NCBI GenBank assembly: GCA_965242925.1
Contig: CBDEUM010000030.1
Span: forward strand, 256,001 to 320,000
DNA: 64,000 nt
From: Roseibacillus sp.
Lineage (GTDB): Bacteria > Verrucomicrobiota > Verrucomicrobiia > Verrucomicrobiales > Akkermansiaceae
Direction of reading: 5' to 3'
Part shown: piece by piece, positions 1 through 11,998 of the stretch
Layout: each line of letters begins with the position of its first letter
How positions within the stretch are numbered: the first letter of the stretch is position 1
The notes under the pieces: generated by a model
What the model saw: only the letters and a program-made list of their open reading frames with translations
Told to the model about the DNA's origin: nothing
The model's database searches: none
Made by a program: the position numbers and the translations under genes

Positions 1-1
1 A

Positions 2-424
2 GAAATCGGCGCCAACCCGGTCCATCTTGTTCACCAGAATGAGACGGGCCACCGCCGATTCATTCGCGTAACGCCAGTTAGTCTCGGATTGGGGCTCCAC
101 TCCACCAGATCCGCAAAAAACTCCGACGCCACCATCAAGCACCTTGAGCGAACGATAAACCTCGATGGTGAAGTCCACGTGCCCCGGAGTATCAATGATG
201 TTCAGCTGGTGGTCGTTCCAGAAACAGGTGGTGGCCGCCGACTGAATCGTGATCCCCCGCTCCTGTTCCTGCTCCATGAAATCCGTGGTGGCAGCACCAT
301 CGTGCACCTCCCCGATCTTGTGGATCTTCCCCGTGAGCTTGAGTATACGCTCCGTAGTCGTTGTCTTTCCCGCATCGACGTGCGCAAAAATGCCTATGTT
401 CCGGTATTTCGAAAGGTCAGCCAT
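2..424 (-). CDS. fusA: Elongation factor G, N-terminal part (runs off window start)
   Basis: Manual translation of minus strand from ATG at 424: [28 protein letters not shown]...[11 protein letters not shown]...[10 protein letters not shown]...NKMD (G1-G4 motifs); absent from the ORF track because truncated. Confidence 0.95.
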   Translation of the reverse strand, partial: MADLSKYRNIGIFAHVDAGKTTTTERILKLTGKIHKIGEVHDGAATTDFMEQEQERGITIQSAATTCFWNDHQLNIIDTPGHVDFTIEVYRSLKVLDGGVGVFCGSGGVEPQSETNWRYANESAVARLILVNKMDRVGADF

Positions 425-460
425 GGTTGAAATTTGGGTTGGCTAAAGCTTTGCAGGCGC

Positions 461-504
461 CGTGTCTGCCTCAACTTCCCTGAAAAGTCGAGACTTGAGA
501 CACA
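461..504 (-). promoter_or_regulatory. Long bulged hairpin in fusA leader
   Basis: Minus strand UGUGUCU-CAA-GUCUCGACUUUU-CAG-GGAAGUUGAGGC-AGACACG folds into an ~19-bp stem with a 3-nt bulge; the G.U pairs work only on the transcribed strand. Confidence 0.45.
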
Positions 505-657
505 AATTAGACCTGTTTTTGCGGGAAACACGGAAGTTTTACAGTCCTTTGCTCCTTCATATAGGTTCAGATAGGCAAACTAAGCTGCACTTTAGACCGG
601 AGTTTCCTTCGTCTACAAAGGGAGATTCCTGCCCTTGCAAACCGCCCCGTTTGCTCC

Positions 658-1530
658 TCAGCGTTTGTCTTCCGCGAACCTGAAGGGCTTGCCGCCGACC
701 AGGTCGTCACTCGTGAAGGTGGGACACCAGTAGCGTTCCACGTGCCTCACCACCAAGCCGGTGCCCGAGAAGTGATCCACCCCCGGAGGTCGTTGAGGAT
801 TGTACATCGTGTCCGTCATGTCACGCATAAGGGCCACGTTTTTCCCTACTTTTACCATCTGCCGAATCCCGAAGGGCCGCCCCAGCACACACATGTTGAG
901 GTGCACTCCACAGAGGATCACGTTATCGATCTTCTTTGCCGCGAGAAGATTATAGGTCTCCTGACCATTATCCGTAATAGCATCGCCCTTCAGGATCTCG
1001 ATGCTCTTGATCTGCCTCGTCCACGCTTCGCGGATCTCGCACTTGGGTTCCTCGCAGCTGCATCCCATGTCCGAGTCATCAATGGGCAGCACCCCCTCGA
1101 AAGCCGGGTCGGGCCAGCACCACTTGGTTCCCCAGCGATCCTTGGCACTCAACTTCACCGGGGCCTTCGTGAAGGGAGCTTTTCGTGCATACTGGCGCTG
1201 CGGCGCGGTCTTGTAAAAGTCCACCACGCTACTGGGCGCATGAATGATGAAGATTCCCTTCGAGCGTGCCTTCTTGACCACCTCATTCATCGGTCCGCCC
1301 ATCTCACCCACCCGGCGTGCCGCCGACTTGCACCAGTGATCATCCCACATGTCACAGATGATCAAAGCTGTCTTTGACGCCTCCCAATCAACCTTTTTCA
1401 TGACTGCCGTCCCGGGTGCATCCTTTGTTCGTGACCGCATGGTGAGGCTCAACATCTGATCAGCCATAATCGAAGTGGGAAGAAGCGCCAGAAGGAGAAA
1501 TACAGGAGCCCTGCTCATCGACGTTTCCAT
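658..1530 (-). CDS. Secreted isochorismatase/nicotinamidase-like cysteine hydrolase
   Basis: Signal peptide; TALIICDMWD and GVHLNMCV motifs of the cysteine hydrolase fold. Confidence 0.75.
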   Translation of the reverse strand: METSMSRAPVFLLLALLPTSIMADQMLSLTMRSRTKDAPGTAVMKKVDWEASKTALIICDMWDDHWCKSAARRVGEMGGPMNEVVKKARSKGIFIIHAPSSVVDFYKTAPQRQYARKAPFTKAPVKLSAKDRWGTKWCWPDPAFEGVLPIDDSDMGCSCEEPKCEIREAWTRQIKSIEILKGDAITDNGQETYNLLAAKKIDNVILCGVHLNMCVLGRPFGIRQMVKVGKNVALMRDMTDTMYNPQRPPGVDHFSGTGLVVRHVERYWCPTFTSDDLVGGKPFRFAEDKR

Positions 1531-1828
1531 GATCCAACGCTAGGGAATCCAGGCCATACCCGCAACGCTGAATCCTCACTTGAGGAATCTGCGGGACTCA
1601 ATGCCGGGAATGAGTGAGAAGTGCACGAGCACAATCCGCCAAGATCCTTCGATATTCTGAGAGGCTCTGGTCCTCCTAATGTTTACCTGGCTAAGCCTTT
1701 TTGCTCTCTTCTTCTCCCGGATTCGGCTGCAGCCCCCGTTTCCCAAAAACCATCAGGAGAACTCCACAAGAATCCGCTCCCTCCATGATCGCCCCTTACT
1801 CCCGGAATCCGGCGCCCGCGAACACTGG

Positions 1829-3295
1829 CTACGCAAGCACGCCATTGATCACCTTGCCGTGCACGTCGGTGAGGCTCTCCTTTCTTCCCTGGTGAAAGTA
1901 GGTCAGCAACTCGTGGTCAATTCCCATGAGGTGAAGAATGGTGGCGTGGATGTCATGCACATGGACGGGGTCGACCACCGCTTCAAAGCCGAATTCATCG
2001 GTCTCGCCATAGGCCGTCCCCCCCCTGATCCCAGCCCCCGCCATCCACATGGAAAAGCCGTAGGGGTTGTGATTCCGTCCCGGGGCATCCTTTCCTTCAC
2101 TGAAGGGCATCCGTCCGAATTCTCCACCCCACACCACCAGCGTCTCATCCAATAGTCCACGTTGCTCAAGATCACCCAGGAGGGCCGCGATGGGTTGATC
2201 AATCTCCGCTCCGTGCAACCCGTGATTCTTCTCAATCGATTCGTGTGCGTCCCAGGTCTCTTCCAGATGACCGCCCCCGGAGTACAGCTGCACGAACCGC
2301 ACACCCCGCTCCACCAGTCTCCGGGCTACCAGGCAATTGCGCCCAAACTCATCTGTAGGCGCTTTCCCCAGCCCGTAAGTCTCCTTCGTCTGTTCAGACT
2401 CCTGATCCAGGGCCACCGCCTGGGGTGCCTCCGCCTGCATGCGATAGGCCAGCTCGTAAGTTTGAATTCGCGCTGCAAGCTCGGATCCGCCCGGCCGGTC
2501 CTTCAGATGATCCGCGTTGAGTGCACCAAGAAAATCGAGCTGATTGCGCTGGGATTCCCGATCTAGATGCGCAGGCCCTTCCAGGTCCAGCACCGGGCTT
2601 CCCGTGGGACGAAACAACGTTCCCTGGTATGTTGCCGGCATGAACCCGCTTGACCAGTTGGGTTGTCCGCTGATCGGCCCCCCCCGTTTGTCGAGAATGA
2701 CGACGTGCGCCGGCAGACTGTCATTTTCGGAGCCTAGTCCGTAAGCAACCCAGGCGCCCATCGAGGGTCTCCCGATCTGGGGCATGCCCGTATTCATCTG
2801 CACCAGGGCTGATCCGTGAGCATGGCTGTCAGCATGACAGGAACGGATGACCGCCAATTTGTCGGCGTGTTCACGCAGACGGGGAAAGTAGTCGGATATC
2901 AACAGGCCGCTCTGTCCGCCCGGATGGAATTCACGCCAGTTGGGAGTGAGAAAACCCACCCGGCGGCCACCCGAATTGATGTAGTTCCTGTCCGGAGGGA
3001 GGTTCTTTCCCGCGTGCCTTCGCAACTCAGGCTTGTAGTCGAACGTATCCACCTGACTGGGGCCCCCATTCATCATGAGAAAAATGCAGGCCTTGGCTCT
3101 TGGCGGGGAAATGGCCGGGCCTGGAAGCCAGTGAGTCGGGGAGCCACGGCAGCCCCCGCGTGCCTCGCAAAGAATCCGCTCCCGGCCAGAAGGGAAGTGA
3201 GCGCCACTCCCGTGAACCCGCCGCCCATCTCCCACACGAACTCACGCCGGGTGAGCCCGCAGGGATAACCACTCTGCTCGTCGCCTAGTCGACAT
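1829..3295 (-). CDS. DUF1501 family protein (Tat-like signal); N-terminus frameshifted in this sequence
   Basis: [46 protein letters not shown] motifs; [12 protein letters not shown] twin-Arg segment lies in another frame between 3100 and 3295. Confidence 0.85.
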
Positions 3296-5894
3296 GAAGA
3301 AACTCGTTGGTGTTGAGCAGCACGTGGCAGACCGAGGCGAGCGAGAGGAACTCCGGTGTGCGCTCCCCACCCGGACGGCTCTCCTCGGAAATTGCGATGG
3401 AGTACTTTCCTCCAAGCACCCCGCTCACCGCCCGCAACTCAGTTTCTCTCAATTGCCGGTCATAAATCAGGATCTCTGCGAGGTCCCCTCTCCAGTATTC
3501 TCCATCAATGTTCCCCTGCTGTCCGATGACATACGATCCGTCGAGTCTGCGAGACGACAACGCGGACGGGCGGGAACCGATAAGGAGTCCGTTGTGCAGG
3601 ATTCTGATCCCCTCCAACCCGGTGGAAGCGGCTACTACGAAGGCCTCCCCTGGCCGGTCGATCCCTGCCTCACTGCTAAAATCATCCGAAAAGCGAACCG
3701 TTCCCTTTCCTGTCAGCCCAAGAAACAACGAGGTGCCCGAGTTGCCGCCCTTGCCGTTCCAATTGGAGAAGATCCCACGATGAGAGGTTAAGCCGCTCCG
3801 GTCGCTTGCCACCGCCAGGATGGTATTGGACTGCGAACTCACAACCTCGCCCACAAGTCGGAGAAATTCCCGTTTTCCACTAAAGCGTACGGCCGGATGT
3901 CCGCCTATCGCCTCCCTGATCAGGCGAGGACGACGATCCTCCTCTTCCTGATGCGCGTAATGGGCTTCCCCTGATCCATTCCGCCAACTTCTCACTTGCC
4001 CTTCCGAACCCGTGGTCAGCCCCCGATCCGCCGCAAGCCACAAGACAAGCCCCTCGACCGGAATCCTGGCAACAACGGGCTCACTCCCCTGCGCCCTCTG
4101 GAACCTTTCCCTCTGTCTGGCGTAATGCCGTGCGGCCAGATCAAGCTCCGACTCCCTGGGTTCCCGGGTCAGGACTCTCCGCCATGCCTCGCAAATCGCC
4201 TCCCTTTCATTCGGCTCCTTCGCAAGGATGCTCCTTGCCAATCCTTCACTACGGGAATGCACGAACCGGTTGTTCAACATCGCAAGAGCCTGAGGCACCA
4301 CCGTGGTAACATCGCGGCGGCCACACGGCTTCTCGCTGTTCGGAAAATCAAACACGGTCATGAGAGGCAGCAGCAGATGCCGCTTGCTTACCATATAAAT
4401 GCTCCTCCGCTGCCGTTCTTCGGGAGAGGAAGGCTTCCACGCCTTGCTCTTCCGCGAAAATCCCTCCAGCACTTCCGGGGACATCAGAGGATAGAAGCTC
4501 GGCCCCCCCATCTTGAGATTCAACTCACCGGAGGCAGCCAACATGGAATCCCGCAACGCTTCTGCGTCCATCCGGCGTCTATTCTGTTTCCACAGTGCCC
4601 TGTTAGCCGCATCCCGTCGGGAGTAGGCTTCCTCCCTCGGGTGTAGCGAAGATTGCCGGTATGTCTTCGAGAGGACGATTTGCCGGATGAGTGGCTTGAT
4701 CCTCCACCCATTCTCCACGAATTCCCCAGCCAGCCAGTTGAGGAGATTCGGATGACTGGGAGGATCTGCCTTCACCCCGAAATTGTTAGGTGTCCCGACG
4801 ATTCCCCGCCCAAAGAGAGCCTGCCAGATCCGGTTCACCATCACGCGAGCGGTAAGAGGATTTCGTCGATCGACGATGAACTCGGCCAATTGCGCCCGAC
4901 GTTGTGTGGTTTTCGCCTCCGGTTGCGGATTTATCATCGGCATGTCCAATACGGGCACCAGCGAGAGCACACCGGGTTGCACGACTTGAGCCTTCCTGTG
5001 CAACTCCCCGTTCTCCAGCAGATGAAGCGGCGGCGGTTTCTTCCGGATATCGGTCCATCCGAACACTGCCTTTACGCCCAGTTCCTGCTCGTTGGGACCT
5101 CCCATCAAAGCACTGTCGCGCGGCTCTATCGCGCCGGGCCAGAACGCGGCCGCCATGCGATAGTAGTCGCGCTGGGGAATAGGATCGAACTTGTGATCGT
5201 GACACCGCGCACACTTCACGGTGACCCCGAGAAAGGCCTTACTCACCACGTCCACCATATCCTCCAGTCGCTCGAACTTATAGTCCTGCGGGATCATTCG
5301 GTTCGTCATTCCATGTCCCCGCCCGCAACATGCCAGTTGCGATCACGGACAACTCGGTTCGCTCCATCATCTCATCCCCGCTAACTGTTCACACACGAAC
5401 CGGTCATAGGGCATATCCTCATTAAATGCCTGAATGACCCAATCACGATACTTCCAGATGTTTGGCTTCAACGCATCACGCTCGTAGCCATTGGTTTCGG
5501 CGTAACGCACTACGTCGAGCCAGTGTCGAGCCCCAGCGTTCCCCGAAATGAGGAGAGGACAGGAGATGATCAACCAGAGTCATATAGGCTTCCAGCGACT
5601 GGTCCGCCTCAAAAGCGTTGCAACCTCCTGCAAGGTCGGGGGGATTCCAATCAGATCAAAGTACAGGCGCCGGATCAGAGTTCCCCGCTCCGCGCGGGGC
5701 GCCGGATCCATGTCCTCCTTCGCCAAGCGTAACCGCACAAAGGCATCAACCGCACCCAACTCCTCCTGCCCCTCCACGGAAGGCGGCACCGGTCGCACTA
5801 CCGGCTGAAAGGCCCACCAATCCAGCCCTGCGCGCTCCTCTTCCGCGAACGTTGCAACGGAGAACAGGATGACGACCGGAATGAGCCGACGCAT
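3285..5894 (-). CDS. DUF1549/DUF1553 (PSCyt2/PSD1) protein with LamG-like insert, split by ~4 single-base indels
   Basis: Pieces join across frames: [51 protein letters not shown] (CxxCH), [32 protein letters not shown]. Confidence 0.85.
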
Positions 5895-5967
5895 TCGAAG
5901 GATTAAAATCCCTCAGATCATTGATTGCCAGCCAAATTCCGCCCGATCCGCATGCACCCCTCTCCCT

Positions 5968-8900
5968 CTAATCCGGCTCTCCCCATCCGCCGCCACCCGG
6001 CGTCTCGATCCGGAGGCGCTCTCCCGAGCGCACCTCGAAACTGTGAACTGCGGGCAGGATCTCGCTTGATCCATCCGGGCGGATGAGCACCTGCCGACCG
6101 AGAACTCCATCCCCTCCACCTTCCGCTCCCCGGGGTGCCGTCTCGCGGCGCTGGGTCAGGAGCGAGACCGTCATGGGTTCGATAAATTCGATGTCACGCA
6201 AGAGACCGTCGCCACCAGCGCCACCTCCCCTCTCCGCCCGAGCCGCGGCGGAGCGAAAACTCCCGCAGTCGGACCGGAAAACGATGCTCAAGGATCTCAG
6301 GATCGGTAATGGCGGTGTTGCTCATGTGCACGTGCGTTCCGCTCAAACCCTTCCAACCTGGACCGGCACCGGAGCCTCCCCCGATGGTCTCGTAATAACC
6401 AAAATCTTCGTTGCCGAAGAGAACATTGTTCATGGTCCCCTGACTGTTGGCCTGCACGCCGAGGGCCTCTAACAAAACATCGACCACTCGTTGGCTGGTT
6501 TCCACGTTACCGCCCACCACGGCCGGGCAGCATGAGGGATCATCGGGGAATTCCGGATTCAGGATCCCGGGTGGAATCTCGATCTGAACCCCCTCGAGGA
6601 GACCTTCGTTCAACGGGAGATCGAGGGCCACCCAGGCCCGCAGCACATAAAGAACCGCGCTGCGCACAATCGATGGGGTTGCGTTCAGGTTTCCCGGATG
6701 CACCGGCCCCGACCCCGCAAAGTCGATGTGAAGACAACCCGTCATGCTCGTGATTTTCACCTCGATGACCGTGCCGTCATCGAGGGAGTCGGCGGCCCTC
6801 CAGGTGCGCTCACCCAGTTCCTGCAACTTGTCCGCCATGACCGCCGCAGCACGTTCATAAAGGCGCACCATGTTTCGAATCACCGTCTCTTGGCCCGCGT
6901 CTGCCACGAGAGACTGCACGGCTTTGACACCATGGCGATTGGCAGCGGCCTGTGCGGCAAGGTCAGCGAGATTGTCGGACAGCATGCGACTGGGACAGGC
7001 GGCGGATTGGAAGAGGTCCTTCACCTCCGCGAAGCGATCCCTGCCTCCCTCGAACAGGAGAACCGGCGCAATCACAACTCCCTCCTCCTCAAGTGAAGTA
7101 GCCTCCGCCGGCATGGACCCGGGAGTGCGGCCTCCGATCTCGGCATGATGCGCCCGGTTAGCGACAAAGGCAACGAGGGCTCCCTCCGAAAACACGGGAC
7201 TGATAAGCGTGACATCGGGAAGATGGGATCCGCCAAAGCCGGGATGATTCACCGCTACCATATCGCCCTCCTGCCAGGCATGACCCCGGCTCACCTTCCG
7301 CACGCACTCGCCCAGAGCACCGAGATGCACCGGGATGTGGGGAGCATTGACGACCAGGCGCCCCTCCCCGTCCAGCAGGGCACAGGAATAGTCGAGGCGC
7401 TCCTTCACATTGGTGGAGATCGCGGAACGCCGCAGGAGTTCTCCCATTTCCTCCACCACGCTCTCGAACCGGCAGCGGAACAGTTCAGCTTCCACCTCAG
7501 GAGCCCACTCTGCCGATCGCCGCGGTTCGGCCACGCGAGCCAGCTTCAGACTCCCCTTTGAGCCCTGCGTGAATCGCCAGCCCGGCTCAACGACGCAGGT
7601 GCGAAATGAATCCTGTCGCACTCCCCGTCTCTCCGCCACCTCCTCCGGTTCCGCAAACTCCTCGATTTCCTGCTCCTCGAGCGGCCCGGCGGCCACCACC
7701 CGCACCGCAACAACCTCCACCTCGCGATCCCGGGGAACCCCATACCCGTAGAGCACCTCATACTTGGCGTGAAACGCAGCCCGGACCTCGTCGAGAGTCG
7801 GCGCCACCTCGTACTCCAGCTCCAGCGAGGAGTCCTGTCCCCAGAGCCTCAACTCACACAGGTAGCGCGAAACCTCCGCGGTCTCTCCTACCTCGTCCCG
7901 CGCTTCACCGGCTAGCTCACAGAGCAAACCGGACCAGCCCCGCTCAAGATCCCCGCACTTTCGCAGAATCTGTCGCTCTGCAATACTCTCTCGCACAGAT
8001 CGATGCAGCCCCCAGGCACTCAGCAGACCGGCATCACCCGGCACCAGGATCTCACTGATTCCCAGTTTTTCAGCCACCGCACAGGCGTGCTGGGGCCCCG
8101 CTCCCCCGAAGGCCACCAAGAGGTAGTCGCCCGGATCATAACCCTCTCGCAGGGAAACCTTTCGGATCGCCTCCGCCATGCGCTCCACTGCGATCTCCCG
8201 GAGTCCTTCCAACAAGTCTTGATCCGGTGCGAGCTCCACCCCGTCTCGCTGCATCTGCTTCTTCAACGACTCAAACCGGTCCTGCGAGGCTCCCACTTCC
8301 AGCGGGATTCCCGCCTTGCCGGTCTCCATACATCCGAGCAGCAGGTTGACATCGGTGATGGTGAGCGGGCCACCCCTTCCATAGCAGGCTGGCCCCGGAT
8401 CGGCCCCGGCGCTCTCCGGTCCAACCTCCATCCCTCCGTTGCGCCAACGACAGATCGACCCCCCTCCTGCCGCCACTGTTTCAATCCGAACAGCCGGGGC
8501 GACAACCCGCACCGGCCCGATGGCCTGCTCATAGCGGAAGGAAGGTGCTCCCTCGAGTCGCGCCACATCCGTACTGGTCCCTCCCATGTCGAAAGCGAGG
8601 ATGCGCTCATGCCCGGCCGCCCGGGACGCCGAGAGGGCCCCCACCACTCCCCCAGCCGGTCCACTCAGGAGGCTGTCGACCGGGCGGTAGTCTTTCGCTT
8701 CCTTGAGAAATCCGGCACTTGTCAGCAACTCCAGGGAACCCTCTCCCAGGCGCGATCCCACTGCCGCCACAAATCGATCCATGACCGGAGCAAGGTAGGC
8801 ATTGGCGGCTGCGGTTTCCGCTCGCGGAAGGAACCGCATCCTGCTGGCAAGCTCAGTCGATAGCGAAACAAAGCGAATCCCTGCCTCGCGTAGAAGTTTT

Positions 8901-9637
8901 CCCAGTCGCTTCTCATGCACGGGATTGGCGTAGCTATTCAAAAGGGCAACCGCTACCACCTCAACCGCCTCGTGATGCAGGCACTCAATCAACATCGCGA
9001 CCTCTTCTTCATCGAGATGTTCGATGACCTTTCCCGTCGCGCTGATGCGCTCCCGGATGCCGATGGCACGCTGGAAGACCGGCACGGGGAGCTCCTGATC
9101 GAGTTTGAAGAGATGAGGCCGTCGTTGATCACGGATACGCAGGAGGTCCTCGAACCCCTCGGTGACAATCAAAACGCCTTCACTTCCTCTCCGTTCAAGC
9201 AGGGCATTCGTTGCACGGGTAGTGGCGAGCCTGAAGTCAATGATGGGGAAGGGGCTGCCCAGAGGAGTGGAGGTCAGGAGCCTCGCAGCCAGGACCGGAG
9301 CTTCCTCTCCAGTGAAAAGATCCAGCAACTCTCCCTCCGCAAAGGTTCGCCCCCCCTCAACCGTGAGGAGTCGTCCTTTACGCCGCCATCTGGAGACCAC
9401 TCCTCCACCATGGATTGCAAAATCCTGCAACAAGCCATCCTCGACACCGAAGTCACCTGCGAGCCGATAGCATCCTGTGCCAATCCGTTCCTCCACCCGC
9501 GTCCGCAGGACCCCGCTGGAGAGCACCTTGCAACGCCGTTCCTCCCCCTCCGGACTCCGGGCCCAGCCATCGGTAAAAGTTCCCCCCGTATCCACTCGTA
9601 GCAACCAGGGCGGATCTGGGGCAGGCGGGGAGTTCAT
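5968..9637 (-). CDS. Fused hydantoinase A/B / 5-oxoprolinase (ATP-hydrolysing); one extra base near 6217
   Basis: [45 protein letters not shown] motifs; C-terminal ETPGGGGWG continues in ORF 5968..6291. Confidence 0.9.
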
Positions 9638-9891
9638 CAGACAAAAAGCACAGCCACCGACTCCGGAGCGGATCGCGGCGACTCGGACCGATCATCGGAA
9701 CATTTGCCAGGCACGCAATGATCCATTGCCCCTCTCCACCCTGGCAGGGTCGCAGGGTTCCTCGAGAGCTCACAATGAAACCGCGGCAGGGCCCTGAAGG
9801 ACAAATCACTGATCTGCCGCCTACCCTGAGCCGCTACCACCCTCACCAACCGGATCGCGGCCCCTCTCACCAGGCCCCTCGTCGCTCCTCC

Positions 9892-10830
9892 TCAAAGTTT
9901 ATCCAGCTCGCGGGCGCATATGATGAGCGTCTCACGCACCCCCGGGAAATACTTACCCTTGCGCAGAATAGCCAGCGAGGTCCCCTTGAATTCAAGAAAA
10001 TCGACCAAGCCTTGAGAACAACTCATCACAATCGATTCCCCCTCCCGCAGACCCAGTTTGGAAGTGCACTCCTGCAGGATTTGGAGAGCCTCCACCTCCT
10101 TGGAGTTGATCTTGGTAACGTTGAGAATACCCGGCAATCCGCGCACACGCTGCATGATTTCCTGATAGCTCAACTCGTGATCAACTCCGAAAATTGCCCG
10201 CAGCTCCAGCTGCTTGGTTTCGCCCGTTATCGATTCCTCAGCCTCCGGTTGCTCCGGATTGGAAGACCCCTCATTCTCCGGCTGCTGTGACGGCTCCGGG
10301 AGGGGAGCCGTCTTGCTCCCTGTCCCGGTCGGGGCGGAAAAATCCCCGGTCCGGGTGTCCTCCGCTGGGGAAGAAGCGCCCGCGTCGGCCTTCTCCGGAT
10401 CCTCCCTGACCTGCGGCAGGTCCATTCCCACAAAGGGATCCGCCACGGGCGACGGTGCTGCCTCCTGCTGCTCCGGAGATTCGGGTTGGGAATTCATCTG
10501 GATGGGAGCCGCCTCCAATTGCTGCACCGGCGCCGGGCCTGGTGGGAACCCTTTCATCGGGAATCCACCTCCTGCCTGCTTCTGCTGCTGGAGAATCTGG
10601 CCTTCGGCAATCTCGAAGGGATTGGCAGTAGTCGGGTGTTGCTCGCAATAGGGTTGGGTGTGCTCCAGCGCCTGTTGGCCGACTGCCTCAAATGGCGAAG
10701 GCGAAGAAGCCTGGTCTTCTCCGTTTCCCCCTGCGATTTGAAAGGGATTCTGCAGATCCGGCAATCCCCCGGCCGGACTGCTCACGGGACCGGAACCAAA
10801 GGGATTGAGAGGAGGATTGGAGTGAGACAT
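9892..10830 (-). CDS. Hypothetical protein: disordered N-terminus with repeated [NSD]PF motifs, compact C-terminal domain
   Basis: 312-aa ORF with ATG after AT-rich upstream region; P/Q/E-rich N-terminus and ~100-aa folded-looking C-terminus. Confidence 0.7.
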   Translation of the reverse strand: MSHSNPPLNPFGSGPVSSPAGGLPDLQNPFQIAGGNGEDQASSPSPFEAVGQQALEHTQPYCEQHPTTANPFEIAEGQILQQQKQAGGGFPMKGFPPGPAPVQQLEAAPIQMNSQPESPEQQEAAPSPVADPFVGMDLPQVREDPEKADAGASSPAEDTRTGDFSAPTGTGSKTAPLPEPSQQPENEGSSNPEQPEAEESITGETKQLELRAIFGVDHELSYQEIMQRVRGLPGILNVTKINSKEVEALQILQECTSKLGLREGESIVMSCSQGLVDFLEFKGTSLAILRKGKYFPGVRETLIICARELDKL

Positions 10831-10972
10831 GATTCGATTATGATTAACTTCAAATTAAGCGGGCTATCTCCTGTTGTAAACCTAAATCCGTCCGCCTCCC
10901 CTGGGCATCCAGACGGCGAAGCCCCTCCCCCCCGGGTCCAGAGAACGGGACGAGATGACATCAGGGAAACTT

Positions 10973-11515
10973 CTAGCCTTTGAGTCTCTTGAGTTCACGA
11001 CGCAGCATGAGCTTGGTGGCGGCGCTCACCCGATCGATGAAGAGAACCCCATTGAGATGATCGGCCTCGTGCTGGATGACCCGGGCGAGAAGCCCGTCGG
11101 TCTCCAATTCCAGTTCGCTGCCGTCAAGCTGTGGAAACGTTCCCTTTACCATCTCCGGTCGCTGAACCTCGGCCCGAATCTCCTGAATGCTGAGACAGCC
11201 CTCCTCCATTCGCTCCCGTTCACCCCTCTTCTCGAAGCGGGGATTGATGAAGACCAAGGGCATGATGTCCGCCACTTCGGCCTCCTCGCCGTTCACCTTG
11301 AGCACACCCACACAATCCGGGTCGTGCGAAACGTCCACCACCGCCAGTCGCAGATCCTGTCCAACCTGCGGTGCAGCCAGACCCACCCCCTGCGCCTCGC
11401 GCATGGTCTCAATCATATCCTCTGCCAGTGTCCTGATCTCCTCGGTCACTTCGCTTACCGTCCGGCATCGCTTGCGTAAAACGGGGTCACCAAATTGAAT
11501 GATGGGCAGGATCAT
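10973..11515 (-). CDS. def: Peptide deformylase
   Basis: GVGLAAPQVG, EGCLS, QHEADHLNG motifs. Confidence 0.97.
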   Translation of the reverse strand: MILPIIQFGDPVLRKRCRTVSEVTEEIRTLAEDMIETMREAQGVGLAAPQVGQDLRLAVVDVSHDPDCVGVLKVNGEEAEVADIMPLVFINPRFEKRGERERMEEGCLSIQEIRAEVQRPEMVKGTFPQLDGSELELETDGLLARVIQHEADHLNGVLFIDRVSAATKLMLRRELKRLKG

Positions 11516-11991
11516 GGCTGGAGCGGGTCTACGAAATCGACGGGCTGGGGCAGGCGAATGCGGGCGGGCACATCCTTGATATCATATTGCGCTGCGGTGA
11601 GCCCGTCCAGCACCAGGAAGAACTGGGCAAGGGTCGCACCCCGGTCGGCGGCAAGTTCAAGTTTCCGGTGGGGATTTTCCTTCCGAAAGACAATGAGCGC
11701 ATCGGCAAGCAGGTCCGGACTGGCCAGTTCGTAATTGTCCAGGGTGATAGCACCCTCCGCCGTGACCGCCAGCACTGCCCGACGCTCCACCACTTCAGTG
11801 GTTTCCATCTCCTTCACCACCGGCAGGGTCACCCTCACGACTGGTCGTGGCTCCGGGGGCGGGTTGTTGAGTTGCTCCTCCCTGGGAACCCCCCGGGTTA
11901 CGATGAAGAAAATCAGGAGGATGGTGAGAATATCGATGAGCGGCACGATGGGCACCCGCTCCTTCCTCTTCCTGGGCTGGTAAAAGTTCAT
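11512..11991 (-). CDS. exbD: ExbD/TolR family protein
   Basis: IVPLIDILTILLIFFIV TM with conserved Asp; LAADR motif; overlaps def start. Confidence 0.85.
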   Translation of the reverse strand: MNFYQPRKRKERVPIVPLIDILTILLIFFIVTRGVPREEQLNNPPPEPRPVVRVTLPVVKEMETTEVVERRAVLAVTAEGAITLDNYELASPDLLADALIVFRKENPHRKLELAADRGATLAQFFLVLDGLTAAQYDIKDVPARIRLPQPVDFVDPLQP

Positions 11992-11998
11992 TGTCCGC

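Noticed and set aside
89..430. Plus-strand 113-aa ORF and other long antisense ORFs (e.g. 14141-15235, 15940-17181, 26460-27608)
   Set aside because: Shadow ORFs opposite well-supported genes in GC-rich DNA
3090..6220. Programmed ribosomal frameshifting
   Set aside because: Too many shifts in both directions and no slippery heptamers; sequence error is more parsimonious
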